DNA from: the human T2T-CHM13v2.0 reference genome, Homo sapiens
Length of the DNA stretch: 64,000 bases
Strand: one strand, 5' to 3'
NCBI RefSeq assembly: GCF_009914755.1
Contig: NC_060926.1
The notes beneath the pieces were generated by a model. It saw nothing but the letters and a program-made list of their open reading frames with translations, did not search any database and was not told the origin of the DNA. A program made the position numbers and the translations under genes. Shown here piece by piece: positions 27,338 through 41,099 of this stretch (positions are counted from its first letter, which is position 1; each line of letters begins with the position of its first letter).

Positions 27338-27710
27338 TGTCTTAGTTCCTTTGGGTTGCTTTAGCAAAATACTAAACGCTGGGTGGCTCATAAACAACAG
27401 AAATTTATTTCTCACTGTTCTGGAGGCTGGAATTCTGAGGTCATGATGCCAGTATGGTCAGATTCTGGTGAGGGCTCTCTTCCTGGCATGCAGAAAACCA
27501 CCTTCTTACTGTGTCCTCATATGACAGGGAAAAAGGGTGAGAGAACTCTCCAGGGTCTCTTACAAGGAAACTCATCCCATTCATAAGGGCTCTCTCCTCA
27601 GGACCTGACCTAATCACCTCTTAAATTCCCCTCCTTTTAATACCGTCACCTTGGGGGTTAGGATTTCAACAAAGGAATTTTAGAGGGACACAATTATTCA
27701 GCCCATAACA
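27338..27710 (-). mobile_element. MLT1A/MLT1A0 solo LTR
   Basis: tgtcttagtt...taaacaacagaaatttatttctcac.gttctggaggctgg...tggtgagggctctcttcctgg...ttgggggttaggatttcaaca...cataaca. Confidence 0.9.
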
Positions 27711-28590
27711 CCTTGTTTTGATGCTTAGAGTAACACAGGGAAACTCAATTCAAGTTTAAGAGACCTTGAAAGTTGACATCATCCATCCCTCAACTTCCAG
27801 GCAGAATGAAATCCTCATTGCAGAACTGTAAAGGGGGAAAAGAACTTCTGTTTAAAATTCATTAAAAAATACTCTCTAATAAATGATCCTCAGCCTCCTT
27901 CAGTGAGTCATTTTGGTGTATAATAATCATCACAATCAGGAATTCTTTTATTCAATGTACAGCCCACAAATCATAAGACTTCCCTGGAAATTTTACTGGA
28001 ATTTCATCTGACACCTAATTTTTTCCAACTGGGGTTTTAAAATAGGTTATTTATTTACCCTTAGACCCTCGTTTTGTGGTACCCATACCTCTCTTGAACA
28101 CTTCAGATTATCATTTGAAATGAGAAGTAGTATGTGTGCATATATTCATGTACGTGTGGTTCAGACAGACATTGAAACAAAAGCAAAATAAAATATCTGC
28201 CTATTGTCTTTTATAAGCTAGTATTGTTATTCACGGCTGGGGTTTGAATCTTGCTTAATTATTTGCAATTGCCAGACCATGACCTAAGTAGTTGGGGTAA
28301 AGAATACCAAGGGCTCTTTTCCTGTAGATGGGATCAGCAGCTTGGTATGTCAAGCCCTAAAGCATCCTGCCTTCACACAGCTCTTTACTAAGTCATCTGT
28401 CTTCACATCCTCACCTTTATAATGGGCTGCTTACTTAATAGCTGCTGGGCATGAATAGCAATCATAAAACATAAAGTGCTGTACAAGTATTGATTAGTAA
28501 TTAATTTCTCATTTTATTCATCAAAGCTACTTAATTGAGAAACTTTTTCCCCACTTATCTAAGCTTACACACCCAGAAAATGAGGGAAGC

Positions 28591-28597
28591 GTGTGCA

Positions 28598-28630
<33 letters not shown>
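28591..28630. repeat. Compound (TG)n(AG)n microsatellite
   Basis: Seen directly. Confidence 0.9.
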
Positions 28631-28632
<2 letters not shown>

Positions 28633-28865
28633 TAAGTGTGTATATGGCAGTAGGGGCTGGATTTAGGGCCTCTGGTTTTTTTCTCTCTTTCATCCACTCA
28701 CCTGATGGCCGTCTATCTCTATGAGTCATGCAAATGGCTTTGGGGCAGTGATGTCAAGGACATCAATAACATTGTTATAAGAAGGACTGATGAGTCTGCA
28801 TACTTGCAACTGTCTAATTGGTTCATCTAGAAACCAAAAGACTGGGTCCCAAATAGCAACAGTTC

Positions 28866-28887
28866 AAAAAAAAAAAAAAAAAAAAAA
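28866..28887. repeat. A22 homopolymer without a recognisable retroposon body
   Basis: Counted directly. Confidence 0.9.
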
Positions 28888-29654
28888 TCCAAGGATCCTG
28901 AAGCAAGGAGAAGATACTGGGAGAAAGAGGAAAGGAAGTGATTATAGACAGAGCCTAGGGAAGACACACCATTTCAGTAGCTGGAAATCTGAAATAAGAA
29001 TTGTTTCCTGCTGGCTCAGGCTTTGGACTAGATCTTAGGGAGCTTGGCTGTGAATTTGGTCTTCCTAGAAGGAACAGCAGAGCAGAACTTGAAGGAGAAG
29101 TGTCAACTTATCCCGCTCCCTGTAGCTATCATGGAAGTCTAAGCCAGAGAGATACCTGGCTGGGTTGGCTCAAGCTTAGGAGAGAGCCTTAACTTCTAAA
29201 GGGTTGACACAGGGACAGACTTATCCCCTGTCTGGATAATGTTGTCTGCCTGTGTGGGGTTGCATGAGGGTATGGAGTTATTTTTATTTCACTTTTTCTT
29301 CTCTTAACCACACAATGCTAGGTCTCTTGATATTTTTCCCCTCAAGTTTACTTTTAGAAATTGCATTACTATCTGCTAATCTAAACATATTAATTTCAGC
29401 CTGAGGTCTAAGGGTTTAAAGAAAAAATCTCTCTCTTTGTCTTCAGTTTCTTTGTTCAGATTCTTTATTACAAAGACATAATAGTAGAAAGACATCTGTC
29501 TGCTGGATCACAATTAATATTTACCCATGGGCACATGTAGCTCTCTATTTTCAGGCCTCCTTCACCTAGAACTGAAAAGATGTCCAGGTTACCCTACAGT
29601 GTAGGGCCTACACAACTTATTTGAAAAGGGAAAGATGATTTTCTTCAGTTCATT

Positions 29655-29905
29655 TAACAAAACACTTTATAAACATTTGTTATGTGCCAAGAGCTATTTT
29701 GAAGTACTTTTCAAGTATTAACTCATTTAATTCTTTCAGCAACCCAGTGAGATAGGGACTATTATTATTCCCATTGTACAGATGGGGAAATCAAGGCATG
29801 GAGAGATGATATGACTTCCCCCCAGTTGCACACCTCATTAGTGGTGGAATCAGGATTCTAACCAAGGCAGTCTGGCCTGGGATCCTTCATTCTTGACCAT
29901 CACTT
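29655..29905 (-). mobile_element. MIR SINE, near full length
   Basis: aactcatttaattc...attattattcccattgtacagatggggaaatcaaggca...agtggtggaatcaggattctaaccaaggcagtctgg. Confidence 0.85.
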
Positions 29906-30519
29906 CAAGATGAAGCTCACCCTTACTGATACTTACTTCCTGGTCTTATCTTTTAATTATTCAGGTACTCAATTTTCTTACTCATATAGGGAGATTGTAT
30001 AATGAGATCTCCTCATTTATTCAAGTAAAGCCTGTGGTGTTTAGCTCCCCCTTGGTTCTCCTTGCTTTGTATTGTAAATACCTTGACTATGCCTTTAGCT
30101 CAGGCCTTTAGGCTTAGAGTTACAGGGTTACAGGGAGCTCATAGGGCCCTGTACAACTATTCTACAGAGTTTGAGGATGGATATAACCAAACCTGACACC
30201 CTCTTCTAGGCCAAAGCCACAGAAGGAAAGAAGAGAACAGCTTAGTAGTCAAGGGTGCTCCGTCAAACCACATAGTTTAGATTCTTAGAATCTGGTATCA
30301 TCTGTGCCACCCTTGCTGAGTCACTTCCCGGCAGTCCCTGCCTTCTTATGGGCTGGAGCTTGGTCTTAATCATGAGGAATTTCAGCAGGAATGGATGTCA
30401 CCAGCTCCTTATACAGTCACAAAACCACTTCTGTTGGGTTCAGAGCCATGGAGCATCCACACAGCATTCCTTCCTGCCTGTCAAGCTTCAGAAGTTTCCA
30501 TGGCTTCCCCAACACCCAA

Positions 30520-30682
30520 AGGAAGAGGAGAGTAGAGGAAAACGGAAGAAAGGGAAGACAGAAGAAGAGAGAGAGGGGACAGAAAAAGAGGGGGAAGGGA
30601 GAAGAGAGGCAAGGATGGGAGGAAGGAAGGAAGGAAGGAAGGAAGGGACGGAGGGAGGGAGGAAGGAAGGGAGGGAAGAAAG
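30520..30682. repeat. Polypurine tract containing (GGAA)6 at 30621-30644
   Basis: Seen directly. Confidence 0.9.
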
Positions 30683-30932
30683 GCTTTTCATTAAGCCTCA
30701 GATCCACCAACCTCTGGCCTGCTCTTCCTGATTCCTCTGCAATAGGTGTTCCACGTGTTGTACTGTAAAACTCACTTCCAACTTCAGCATTCTTCTGTTG
30801 TTTAAGGCCTTCTGCGACCTCTGATTTCCCCAAGTTCAAGTCCAAACTCCTAAGCATGGGTCACAAAGTTCTTTATAATCTGGTCCCCATTTTTCCTTTC
30901 TATTTTGCCTCTCTATCCTTTCCATATTCCCA

Positions 30933-31073
30933 TTTTCTCCCTTCCCTCCTCTTCCCTCCCTTCCTCTCCTCTCCCCTCCCTTTCCTCTCTCATTCTGCCC
31001 ATCTACCCTGCACCCCCTTTCCCTGCCTGCCTTCCTCTTCCCACCTTCTTCTTTTCTTCCCTACCTCTACCTT
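30933..31073. repeat. Polypyrimidine (CT-rich) low-complexity tract
   Basis: Seen directly; lies within probable L2-derived sequence. Confidence 0.75.
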
Positions 31074-32374
31074 CAATAATATTAACCTGGTTGTAATTCT
31101 CTAAAACACAAATCTTCCCTCTTGCCTCCTGATCTTTGCTCAGATCTTCCCTTTGCTTGGAATCTTTTCCCCTGTTCCCGCAATCGGATGACTAACTGCC
31201 ACTTAATCTCTAAAACCCAACCTAGTTTTGCTCCAAGGATACTATTCCCTGGCCCTACCACAGCGCCTCCTGTCTACCCTACAATGCAACAGCAGGCCTC
31301 ATAGTATTTTACTCTCCACCTTAATGTTCTTCTCTCCCACAGGACCATAATCTTCATAAAGGGGTCATGTCCTTGACAAATTATCTCTGCAAAGCACACT
31401 ATGTGGTACATGGAAGATACTAGCAAAGATTTGTCGACAGATGACATCAATAGTGTATGGCAGTGTAAACTGGGGCCCATTCCTAACAAAGAGTCTTAAT
31501 ATAATTTCCTCGGGTATCACACTGGGGGTGAGAGCCAGAAAAGAGGTCAAGTCATTTGAAGTCGCCTGTACAGAACATGTAGCTATTCAGATTACAGCCG
31601 GGACTAGAACCCAGCCCATTAAGCTGCAAGCTTCTCAAGGATGAGAAACACATCTTATTAATCCTGCAATTCCAGTGCCTACCATCATGTCTAGAAAGTA
31701 GAAGGTGCCTAATGAATGAATGCATGAGTAAGCTGTCACCCCGTTCTTTCTACTGCCTCGGACAATGTGGAAAAGCAACTGTGGCATTACATTGGGGTTG
31801 ATCACTCTAGACAACTAAACTAAATAATTAGAGCTCTACCATCCAGATTAGGATGTGAATTATCTGCCATCGAAATTTACTGGTTAAGCTGAAAATTATC
31901 AAATTGCTTTGACTTTGTGCAGTATCAATGTAAACTGCATTTACTTCCTGAATTGATGGGTTGCATACAAAAGTGGCCCAGATATAGTATTACCACCATG
32001 TCCACAGAAAGAGGCTGCTGCTATTTTTAAAGTTCCCCTAGAAAGTAGATGATATGATCCCCCTTGCTTATTCATTCTGATGTCACTCAGACCTCTAGGG
32101 AGGAAAGTTCCTCTTTTCATTCTACTAAAATTGCTCCTACCTTGTATTTGGAATGTTTCTCCCTACAGGTCAGATTACAGATGATAGGAAGGCTTCTGAT
32201 ATTGAGCCATCACCCCAGTGTTTGCCCGTGTTCCTGGCTTAGTAGACAGTATAGATGAGAGACAATGAATGTCTGTGTGATGTTAATTTAACACGGACTC
32301 CAGCATGTAAGCCTGGACTGGTTAGCACTGCCACTGAGGCAGCATCTGATGGGTTGCAGAGGAGCTGCATAATG

Positions 32375-32610
32375 TAATATTTTTTAGTACAAACTTCAAA
32401 AAGTGACTCTGAAGTAGTCAGACTGCAAGGGCTTCCAATTTTAGCTTTCTACCTAAGTAACTTGCTCTAAGCTCACACAGCTATTACCTTCTCTGAACCT
32501 TTTTGCCCCTATCTGTAAAATAGGCCTGATAATAATATAACTTCCTTAGATACAATTCATATAACATGCTTTATACAGTGCCTAAAATATGGTGCATAAT
32601 AAATGTTACA
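32375..32610 (+). mobile_element. MIR SINE
   Basis: ccttctctgaacc...atctgtaaaatagg...acagtgcct...ataaatgtta. Confidence 0.55.
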
Positions 32611-34732
32611 CACACAGACACATGCACCCCTCCCAGCACTGTGGGTAGTTGCTCTAATGGGTAAATCAGCACCTGGGCTGTGACTTTTCTTTGGTGACTC
32701 ACATTTTAAAGCATTGTTTTCTCTGTTTATATCCTCTTAATTTCTCTATGAATTCATAGCCCTTGGAACCTGCTCTGAAGATGACTGCACAGTATCTCCC
32801 AGTTCCCCAGGGCCTCCCAAAGCAAACTTCATGTTATTAACATAGCTTGTATTTTAGCAGACTGTCCCAAATATCCACCCAAATTTGATGTGAATCAGTC
32901 GAGTTATTTTCTTTTGAAATGATGATGAGAGAGAGAGGTAAGAGAGAGTTAATTTTGTTTGGCTACATGGAAAGTGAAAAGGCAGAAAGCAGGCAGAGGA
33001 TAACCCACTTGCCTTGTCCTGCTTCTCATGCACAGAGCACAGATGTAGCACAGAGATCTGAGGATGGGGACCTGTGAGACCCAGGCATCCAACAGAAGCC
33101 ATTCCTGTTAACAGAGTAAGCGTTTTAGTAAGTATCTCAAGTGAAGAAAACCTTATAGCGAAGTCAACTGAAACATATCTTGGTCTCTAGTGAGCTGTGA
33201 GCAATTGCATCAGCAAGGCCTGAGCAGATAAGGGCCCACAAGGAAGAAAGTCACATCCTACAGCACACAGCAGGGGACAGGAGTGAGAGTGTGACACACA
33301 GGTCCCACTGCAGCAGGGTCTGGAAGTAGAGAAGTCCCTCGTGGTTGTGGCAGTGACCTCCCATGGCTACCCTGGTCAAGGGTTTTCGCCAGATCCTGGG
33401 TAAGGAGGGGCTGGAGAATGGCTCCCAGATCTCCAGTGACTAGAAGTCACATCATTGGATATTTTGTGGTGACATAATTATCAATCGTTTTCATTCCATG
33501 TTTATGATGGATGCTTTAGCAATACTTTTGTTAACTTTAATAAAGAATCCAATTATATCAAGATTTTCTAACCAGAACAAGAAATATCAAGGGAAGCGAC
33601 ATCCTTTACTCTGCAAAGCCTCTTAAGAAAATTTCAGGTGTTTTTTTTTTTCTTTCTATCAGAATCATCATCCTAGATTTCTAAGTCAGGCAATGATCGA
33701 CTTGCCAGTTGCCATGCGTACATAAAAATAATTAAAGCAAAAAACAATACTAGGTAGCATAGCATGGGTTCCACCTCCCCAGCTGGACTTTGAATTCTTT
33801 GGGAGTAGAATGTTGTCAGCATCTAACTTCTGACTAGCAGAGCTAGGACTTCATCAGCATCATGGTAGAAGGAGGGGAGTGGAGGTGGTGATGGGGGGGT
33901 GCATGAGTCTGTCTCTCCCTAGAGACATTAGGACACGTTTCCACCATGATTTTTGCAATGTTTTGTCACAGTCCCATCTGGAGCTTACATGCAACGACTT
34001 TGAGGGGTCATTTCTGCCTTGGGATACTAACTCAAGATGTCAGCACCACCTGAGCTATGTGGAGTGAGCAGTTCAGGGCTCCCTAAGGGAGACATTAGAG
34101 AGGATCACAGACGTAATCCTGCTATTCCACCTGTTCCTATAATTCTCCCCATCAGAGAACTTGTGCTTCCACAAAGGAGGAGTTTGCTTGTCTCTGTGGG
34201 TCTGACTGTGCAAGCTGCTGCCACCAATGGCTTTGAATCTCTCATGCCTCTTTCTAGGGAGGGGGTTCAGATAGGGAGAGCAACTTCAGGAAGGAGAATG
34301 AAGAGGAGGCTGGCTGCCTAGAGTAGGGCAGTTTGGCAAAAATATTGAATTTATTAGTACAGAAGTAAGAGACATAGCCCACAAATCTTCCCTGGTTTCA
34401 GTGTTTCCAAAGGTGCTTAATAGAGTGATTAAAACATAGGTTTTGTATAACAACTTAGACTTTACCAAAATTCCTTCACACTCAGAGCTCCATTTGTGCA
34501 TTGAATTGGCGTAGGACTGAAATGATCCCCATGTTATAGATGAAGGCATAGATTTCAGAGAAGTTAAGTAACTTCTCCAAGACCTCACAGTAAGGCAGTA
34601 AGACAGTAAGGAGTTCCTCAGTGATAAGTTTATGTCTTTTAATGTTTTTACCCCCAGGACCTAATAGAGCAAGGCTAACAAAAGTTTATTGAGTAAATGA
34701 GCTGGGCTGGAACACAGGCTTCTTTCTGTAAT

Positions 34733-34810
34733 GAGGGTTGCCAGATTTAGCAGATAAAGACACAGGAAGCCCAATTAAATTTGAATTTTAGATAAACAAG
34801 AAATAATTAT
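34733..34810. mobile_element. MER53 fragment (hAT)
   Basis: agggttgccagatttagca.ataaa.acacagga.gcccaattaaatttgaatttt.agataaacaa. Confidence 0.75.
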
Positions 34811-34932
34811 CTCCTCTCTCTCTCTCTCATTATTTGTCCAGTTCTCTTATTTTAAAGGGATACATTTCAACATCTTCCTGTTTGCAATCTTTGTTATCAA
34901 CAACAGATAGTCAGTGAAAATTTCAAACACTG

Positions 34933-35518
34933 GAGATTTCTCAAATAACTAAAAGTAGAATTACCATTTGACCTAGCAATCTCATTACTGGGCATATACC
35001 CAAAAGAAAATAAATCATTCTACAAAAAGACACCTGCATGCGTATGTTCACAGTACTATTCTCAATAGCAAAAACATGGAATCAACCAAGGTGCCCCTCA
35101 ATGGTGGCACATAAAGAAAATGTGCACTACGTAAAGAAAATGTGGTGCATATACATCATGGAATACTACACAGCCATAAAAAAGAATGAAATCATGTCCT
35201 TTACAGCAACATGGTTGGGACTGGAGGGTACTATCCTAAGGGAATTAGCACAGAAATAGAAAACCAAATACCACGTGTTCTCACTTAGAAGTGAGAGCTA
35301 AACATTGGGTACACATGGGCACAAAGATGGGAACAATAAACACTGGGGATTCCAAAAAAGGGGAGGGGTTGAGCGTTGGAAAACTATCTTGGGTACTATG
35401 ATAACTACTTGGATGACAGGATCATTAGAAGCATAATACTAAGCACTATGCAATGTACCCATGTAACAAACCTGCACATGTATCCCCTGAATCTAAAATA
35501 AAATAAATGCAAATTTAA
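34933..35518 (+). mobile_element. 5'-truncated L1PA16/17-like 3' end
   Basis: L1 ORF2 end and 3'UTR ending catgtaacaaacctgcacatgtatcccctgaatctaaaataaa; TSD aaaattt(c)caaacactg at 34917-34932 and 35519-35535. Confidence 0.92.
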
Positions 35519-35894
35519 AAAATTTCCAAACACTGATAAATTGGGCTTTCTATTCATTGAGTTCTTTAATAAAAAATTTCCAATCTATTTTGAGTCAACA
35601 ACAAACAAAATTTAGAGAACTTGTTTAAAAAATGTTAAATACTCTTAATTTAATGGCCCTTAAGTTGACTTAAAAAGTAATTCTTCAACAAATCCGACCC
35701 ATGAGGAGCAGAAAAGAGCAAGTGTGTATCCTGCCATGGTGAATTATTGTTCTGTAGTAAATATAACTTTATTACCAAAATGTGCAGTTGAATTTTTTCT
35801 GTTCATTAAAATGTGTATTAAAATATTTCTGAAATTTTTCTGCTGCAGATACTACAGATATTTAATAACTACAGATACAAAAAATGTTTAATGA

Positions 35895-36525
35895 CCTTAT
35901 TTTATACTAATTTTAGATTTGAAAAAAAGTTACAAAGATAGTACATGAGGTATTCCCAAATATCCCTCACTGTTTACCCATTATTAATATCTTAACATTA
36001 CCATGGTACACATGCCCACAACTCAGAAACCAACATTACTATTAACTGAACTCTATGCTTTATTAGGAGTCCATATTCTTTTATTTAGATTTGACTACTT
36101 TTTCTACTAATGTCTACCTTCCATTATAGGATACCAGTTACATTCAGTTGTCATGTTTTCTTAGCTTCCCCTAGACTATGACAATTTCTCAATCTTTCCT
36201 TATTTTTCATGACCCTGAAAGTTTTGGGAATACTGGTCAAATATTGTGTAGAATGTCCCTCAATTTGAGTTTGCCTGATATATTTCTGATGGTGAGACTG
36301 GGGTTGTAAATTTGGGGGAAGAATTCCATAGAAGTGAAGTGCCTTTTCGGCATGTCAAATCTGGGGTATATGCTATCAACATGACAACACTGGTGATGTT
36401 CACCTTGGTCACTTGATTAGTGTTTGCCATGATCGTCTGCTATAAAGTTATCCTTCTCCCCGACCCCCTTCCCATACTCTACTTTTGGAGGACAGACACT
36501 AAGTGCAGCCCACACTTCAAGGCAG
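35895..36525 (-). mobile_element. Old L1 (L1MC/MD-type) 3'UTR
   Basis: ttttagattt..aaaaagttacaaagatagtaca...tactggtcaaatattgtgtagaatgtccctcaatttg...ctaagtgcagcccacact. Confidence 0.75.
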
Positions 36526-37753
36526 AACTAGGCTCTTTCCTCCAAATGCCTCATATATACATAGTCTAAAATTTCCCACATTTCTTATTGGCCCCCAGCA
36601 GCTGGTTGCCTGGCAGCCTACTATAGTACATGACCCAGATCACAGAAAATTGATGGCACTCCAAGCAACGGGCATGGATACCACCACTGAATCCTTCTGC
36701 CACCACTACCTGAGACCTGAGGAAGTTACCTGCCCTCTCCTGCTCACATCCAAGCCTTTTATTTTATCAGAGGGCACTCTGTGTATTCTCGTTGAAAGGG
36801 AGATACTTGCTATGTTGCATGTGGAAAGTTGGGAAAATAGAAATGAGCTATTGCTGGTCACTTTCAAACGTAATCACGTATTAAAAGTGTCTCACACACT
36901 ATTCGATGACCATGAAGGAAGCTGGAGTACACAATGGAATTCAACCCTTCTGGCTTAATTTTTTATAACTATGAAGGTTGGTACTTTGTTAAAAAATGGG
37001 AAATCCCAAACAAATGCTAAACAGGATAATACATCAGGACAATAAGTAGAAACTGGAATGGTCCCAAGAAGACTGGGACAATGATCATCTTGTTTAAAAA
37101 GTCTTCTTCCCACTGTGTATTAGCACCTGTGAATGCCAAGGTTTTCGTAAGACTCACAGCACTTCTTTCCTTCAGAATGCTGGGAATACCTGTGTGAGTT
37201 TCATACACTCCCTTACACTCTGATAGAGTTTCTCTCTCAACTCTCTTGCACCTGGCACTGTGTCCTCTTACCTCCTGCAATGCTGGGCTCCTGAGATGAG
37301 ACACCTAGGGGACTTTCCAGCAAAATGCCACCCCTCGATGAGCAGAATTATGTCCCAAATCATGTAGACTGGGCTGGACAGCACTGAGGTCTTGAAGGTT
37401 TCCAACTTCTCTTTGATCCTTTTATTTTAGGATAGGTTCTGCTCTAGCTCTTAATCTGCCACACCTGTGTCTCTTTCTCCTGGCCCTCACTTAACCTCTT
37501 GGGGCTAAGGATACCTCCTAATGAGAATATTCCCAGAGTCCAAGTTTTAACTAGAAGAAAGACCAAGCGGGAAATGAGATTAGTTTTACAAAGCCTTTTC
37601 TCCCTTCACCAGAGGGTGAAGCTCCTGTTCCTGGGAAAGGTGGGTGGGCAGGGGGTTATACTACAGTTGTTTCACTGTGTGTTCTTGTGTGGTGCTGCCA
37701 TTTTGTGCTTTGCTTTTAATACAAATCAGAGCCAGTCCTAAGTAAGATGGAGG

Positions 37754-37756
<3 letters not shown>

Positions 37757-37796
<40 letters not shown>
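37757..37796. repeat. (GT)20 microsatellite
   Basis: Seen directly. Confidence 0.97.
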
Positions 37797-37797
<1 letters not shown>

Positions 37798-40700
37798 GGG
37801 AGACATATGTAACCAATGATACTTGTGTATTCACGTCACAAGTCATAGAGCATCTATTCCATGGCAGCTACCAGGCTACTTCCCAGAGATTTAGAAAACT
37901 GTCTAACATACAACCCCAGACCTCTGATCTAAATCAGAACCTTCCTCATTACAGCAGAAAACTGAAAATTAGACTTGCTGAGTCCAATCACAACGACGTG
38001 CATACTTTTGGGAGGAGCTCATGGTGTTGAATCTGAATGGGAGCCAAACAAACCAACCAGCTGCCCACTTACCACACTCAGACTCCTGGTCCAGACCCAA
38101 ATACACCCCTGGGAGCAGTGGCCCACTCTGCGGAGCAGTCATGCTGAACTGGGTGCCTTGGTTTGCAACTGGCGCTTGGTGGTTGACAGAAATCATGGAT
38201 TTTGGCTCTTGTGGTATTTGCTCTCTGGAGCACATAGGATAAGTCATGACAATCAACTGAATCTTTATGACAGGCATCAATAGTAGTTAAAAAATATATT
38301 TTTGCCTGTATAATTTCCTCTCGTTTTGATGGCTGGGCATCTTTTGGTTTGGGCCTTATGAGGGCTTGCTGCTGGGCCTAGATTGTGTTTCATGAAGGGT
38401 TTGCTCTGGGAATTAGGGATTGTTCCTTCCCCCCACTAGGAAAATTAAACCCTTCTCACAGGAAGCGTGGGTCTGGAAAATCTATTCCACAGGGGTGATT
38501 GACCATGCCCTCCCTAAGAAGTATTGTTATTAATCTGTCTAAGTGGACTGCTGCCTGGCTATGGGTCCCTTTTTTTTGGTTCTTCTGTATCCGTTGGTGT
38601 GGGCAGGAGTTTGGGAAGGGTGCGGGATGTCTTAACACAAGAGGCCAGGCTTGGTCACAAGAATGGTGCTGTGTGCAACTGTGGAATCACTGAATATCAG
38701 AGGTGGACTTCTGACCTCTTACTTCACCAGTGCAGGGATTAGCGTAGTGGCAGAGCAGACTCCAGAATCCAGGCATTTTTCCTAGCACTTCTTCCGCTCA
38801 ACCAAAGACCACGGGGTGATTCTTATTTTGTTCTCCTTTGGACCCAGATCAGTGCTAGTCTTCAACGGATTAAAGGAAAAGAATAGTAACACAACTTCAG
38901 TGAAAGGGAATTTGGGATTTTGAGAATGAAGAAGGAGTTGACTATTTCAATGATAATTTAATAGCTTCACTAGTGACAAAGGAATGCATGCTGGTGCTTA
39001 GTTTCTAAAGAACACTGTGGGCGACCCTACCTGTGAAATCACCCATCAAATTCCAAGCCACCCTCCATGAAGGGAGTGGGGGATGAGCATGCTTTATTCT
39101 CCTTAACTTTCTTCAGGGGCCAGGGTGGGATCCACTTGAATTACCAGAAAAAGAAGGTTTCTGGAAAATATAGAGTAAGTCAAATACTCAAATAATCCCC
39201 TACAAAGGCTGTCCTCACTGCATTCCTTGATAAATTTGTGTTTTCTGTACAAAAATTTTTATTGCTGTCACCCTTCTCTTTCTAAAAATCAGCCCCATAT
39301 CTAATTTCTTTATATACTGAATGAAGTGATTACATGATTCCAGGGGAGTAGATGAATTTACAGACCAATAAAGTTAGATGTTGCCAGTTGCTCAAAATTC
39401 CCTCTTCCCTTCCTTGAGGATAGCAGAGACTGCATTTCTCTTCATTTAGCTACAAAGCAAAGGATAAAACAAAGGTTAGGTTATGAATCCATGATTCCTT
39501 AAAGCTTATTTCACACCTGTGTATTCAGTAAAGCTGGTGTCCGTGAAATATGTCCAATACATACCATCCAGAGGCACAGTGCTCATTCCTATATTCTACC
39601 CCTTCAGAACAGACTTTCCTAGCCTCCTTGTGAGAGCTCTCGTCACCCTGATCAGCAGTTTCCAAATGAAATGAAGTTTCTGTTGCTGACTCCATATAGT
39701 AAAACATGGGTTTGATGAAGAGGGTCCTCGGCCTCGCCCTAGTGGAGAAGGTGTCCACAGTCTTAAGGGCTCACAGGGAATCAAGGGACTGCAGCTGGCC
39801 TGGCTCAGGTAGGCAGGTTTCAAAGGGCACAAAGATGGTGTTGAATAGTCTCTGTGGTGCCTGGCACCCTCTCTCCATGACACAGGATGGTCTTTCTGCA
39901 ATATCCAAGTAAACTATGCTCCTCGTGATCAAGCATGGTTCCAAATGGAAGTTTCCACTGGCTGCAAATCTGGACTCATTACTCTGTTTTGTGGGTTTCA
40001 CCCTCCACGTACAGGCTCATGTATGAAAGAAATATTGCATCTCTAGTTTCCACAAATTAAACCAGCTTCAATTCTGATCCTGAGATGCCAGGATATCTAA
40101 TCTTATTGTTTACCGCCAACCTGCACTCTAGGACTGAGCTAAATTTTCAGAGTCTCACAGACGACCAGCTGCTTAAAGAGGTGCCCGTGGGCCTTGGTGG
40201 GCTGCCCATCCTCTCATGGCAGAGGTGGTCCCTTCAGCCTCTCCTCTCTGCTTTTAGGACCCCCAGATCCCACTCTTCCCCTACCCTCCTGCCCTAGAGA
40301 ATACCACTTCAGGCAACACAATCCCTCCGCCTCTCTCCACGTTTCTGCATATGACCTTACCTACTCTATCCTCAAACCACTTCGGTTGGTTTAACGTCCA
40401 GAAACAAGAGCATGGACATTCTGCCAGGAAATTCTCCTAAAATAGCCACACATTATATACCTCAATGTTTGGAGGATAAACAAGCAAGCATGGGGAAGAA
40501 AAAAAAACAAATCAAAAACAAAGAACTGCCCTAAACCAAAATGATCAGAGATTGGGACTCAGCATAATCTCTTCATTCCCCTCCTTCCCTCGTCCCATCC
40601 ATCCTTCCTTTTTTTCTGTTTTCCTGAGGCCCCTCTGGACTTCCTGACTACCCCCATCTGATATTGTCTTGGTCCCAATAGCATAGCCTGTTAGGGGTTT

Positions 40701-41099
40701 TTAGCACAGCTCTGGATCCTGTGCAGGGCTCTTGCTTCAGTCAGACAGCCTGACCCCCAGGCCAATTCAGGGGCTGAATTTGTCTCCCCCAGTGTCTGTT
40801 TCTTTGTTTATTCCATCATCAACACATCCAGATGGCCTGTACTCTCCAGGCCACAAGCCATCCTGCTTACCTCCCTCCCTAACATTCTTTGCTGGACTCC
40901 TTAAGGCATTTGAGTTAAAATCTCTAGCTCAGATCCTTCCATTGGCAGAAGGACAACCAGGTGAGGCAGTGAGCTCCCTGTGATTGGGATTAGACAGCCA
41001 TCTTCCCAGGACCCAACAGAGGCTATTCTTATTCCTAATTGGACACAAAACTGGATTGGGAAGCTTCTAAATCCCCCAGTCTCTGAACTTGTAATAATC

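Noticed and set aside
28866-28887. A22 as the tail of a processed pseudogene or small-RNA retrocopy
   Set aside because: No recognisable upstream body, polyadenylation signal or TSD.
30348-30857. 125-146 aa ORFs on both strands
   Set aside because: Produced by the GGAA/polypurine tract, which lacks stop codons.
36503-36958. 151-aa ORF
   Set aside because: GTG start inside an L1 3'UTR remnant; no domain similarity that I recognise.
38735-38800. tRNA-like A-box (tagcgtagtggcagagc)
   Set aside because: No B-box or cloverleaf; fits a degenerate antisense MIR fragment.
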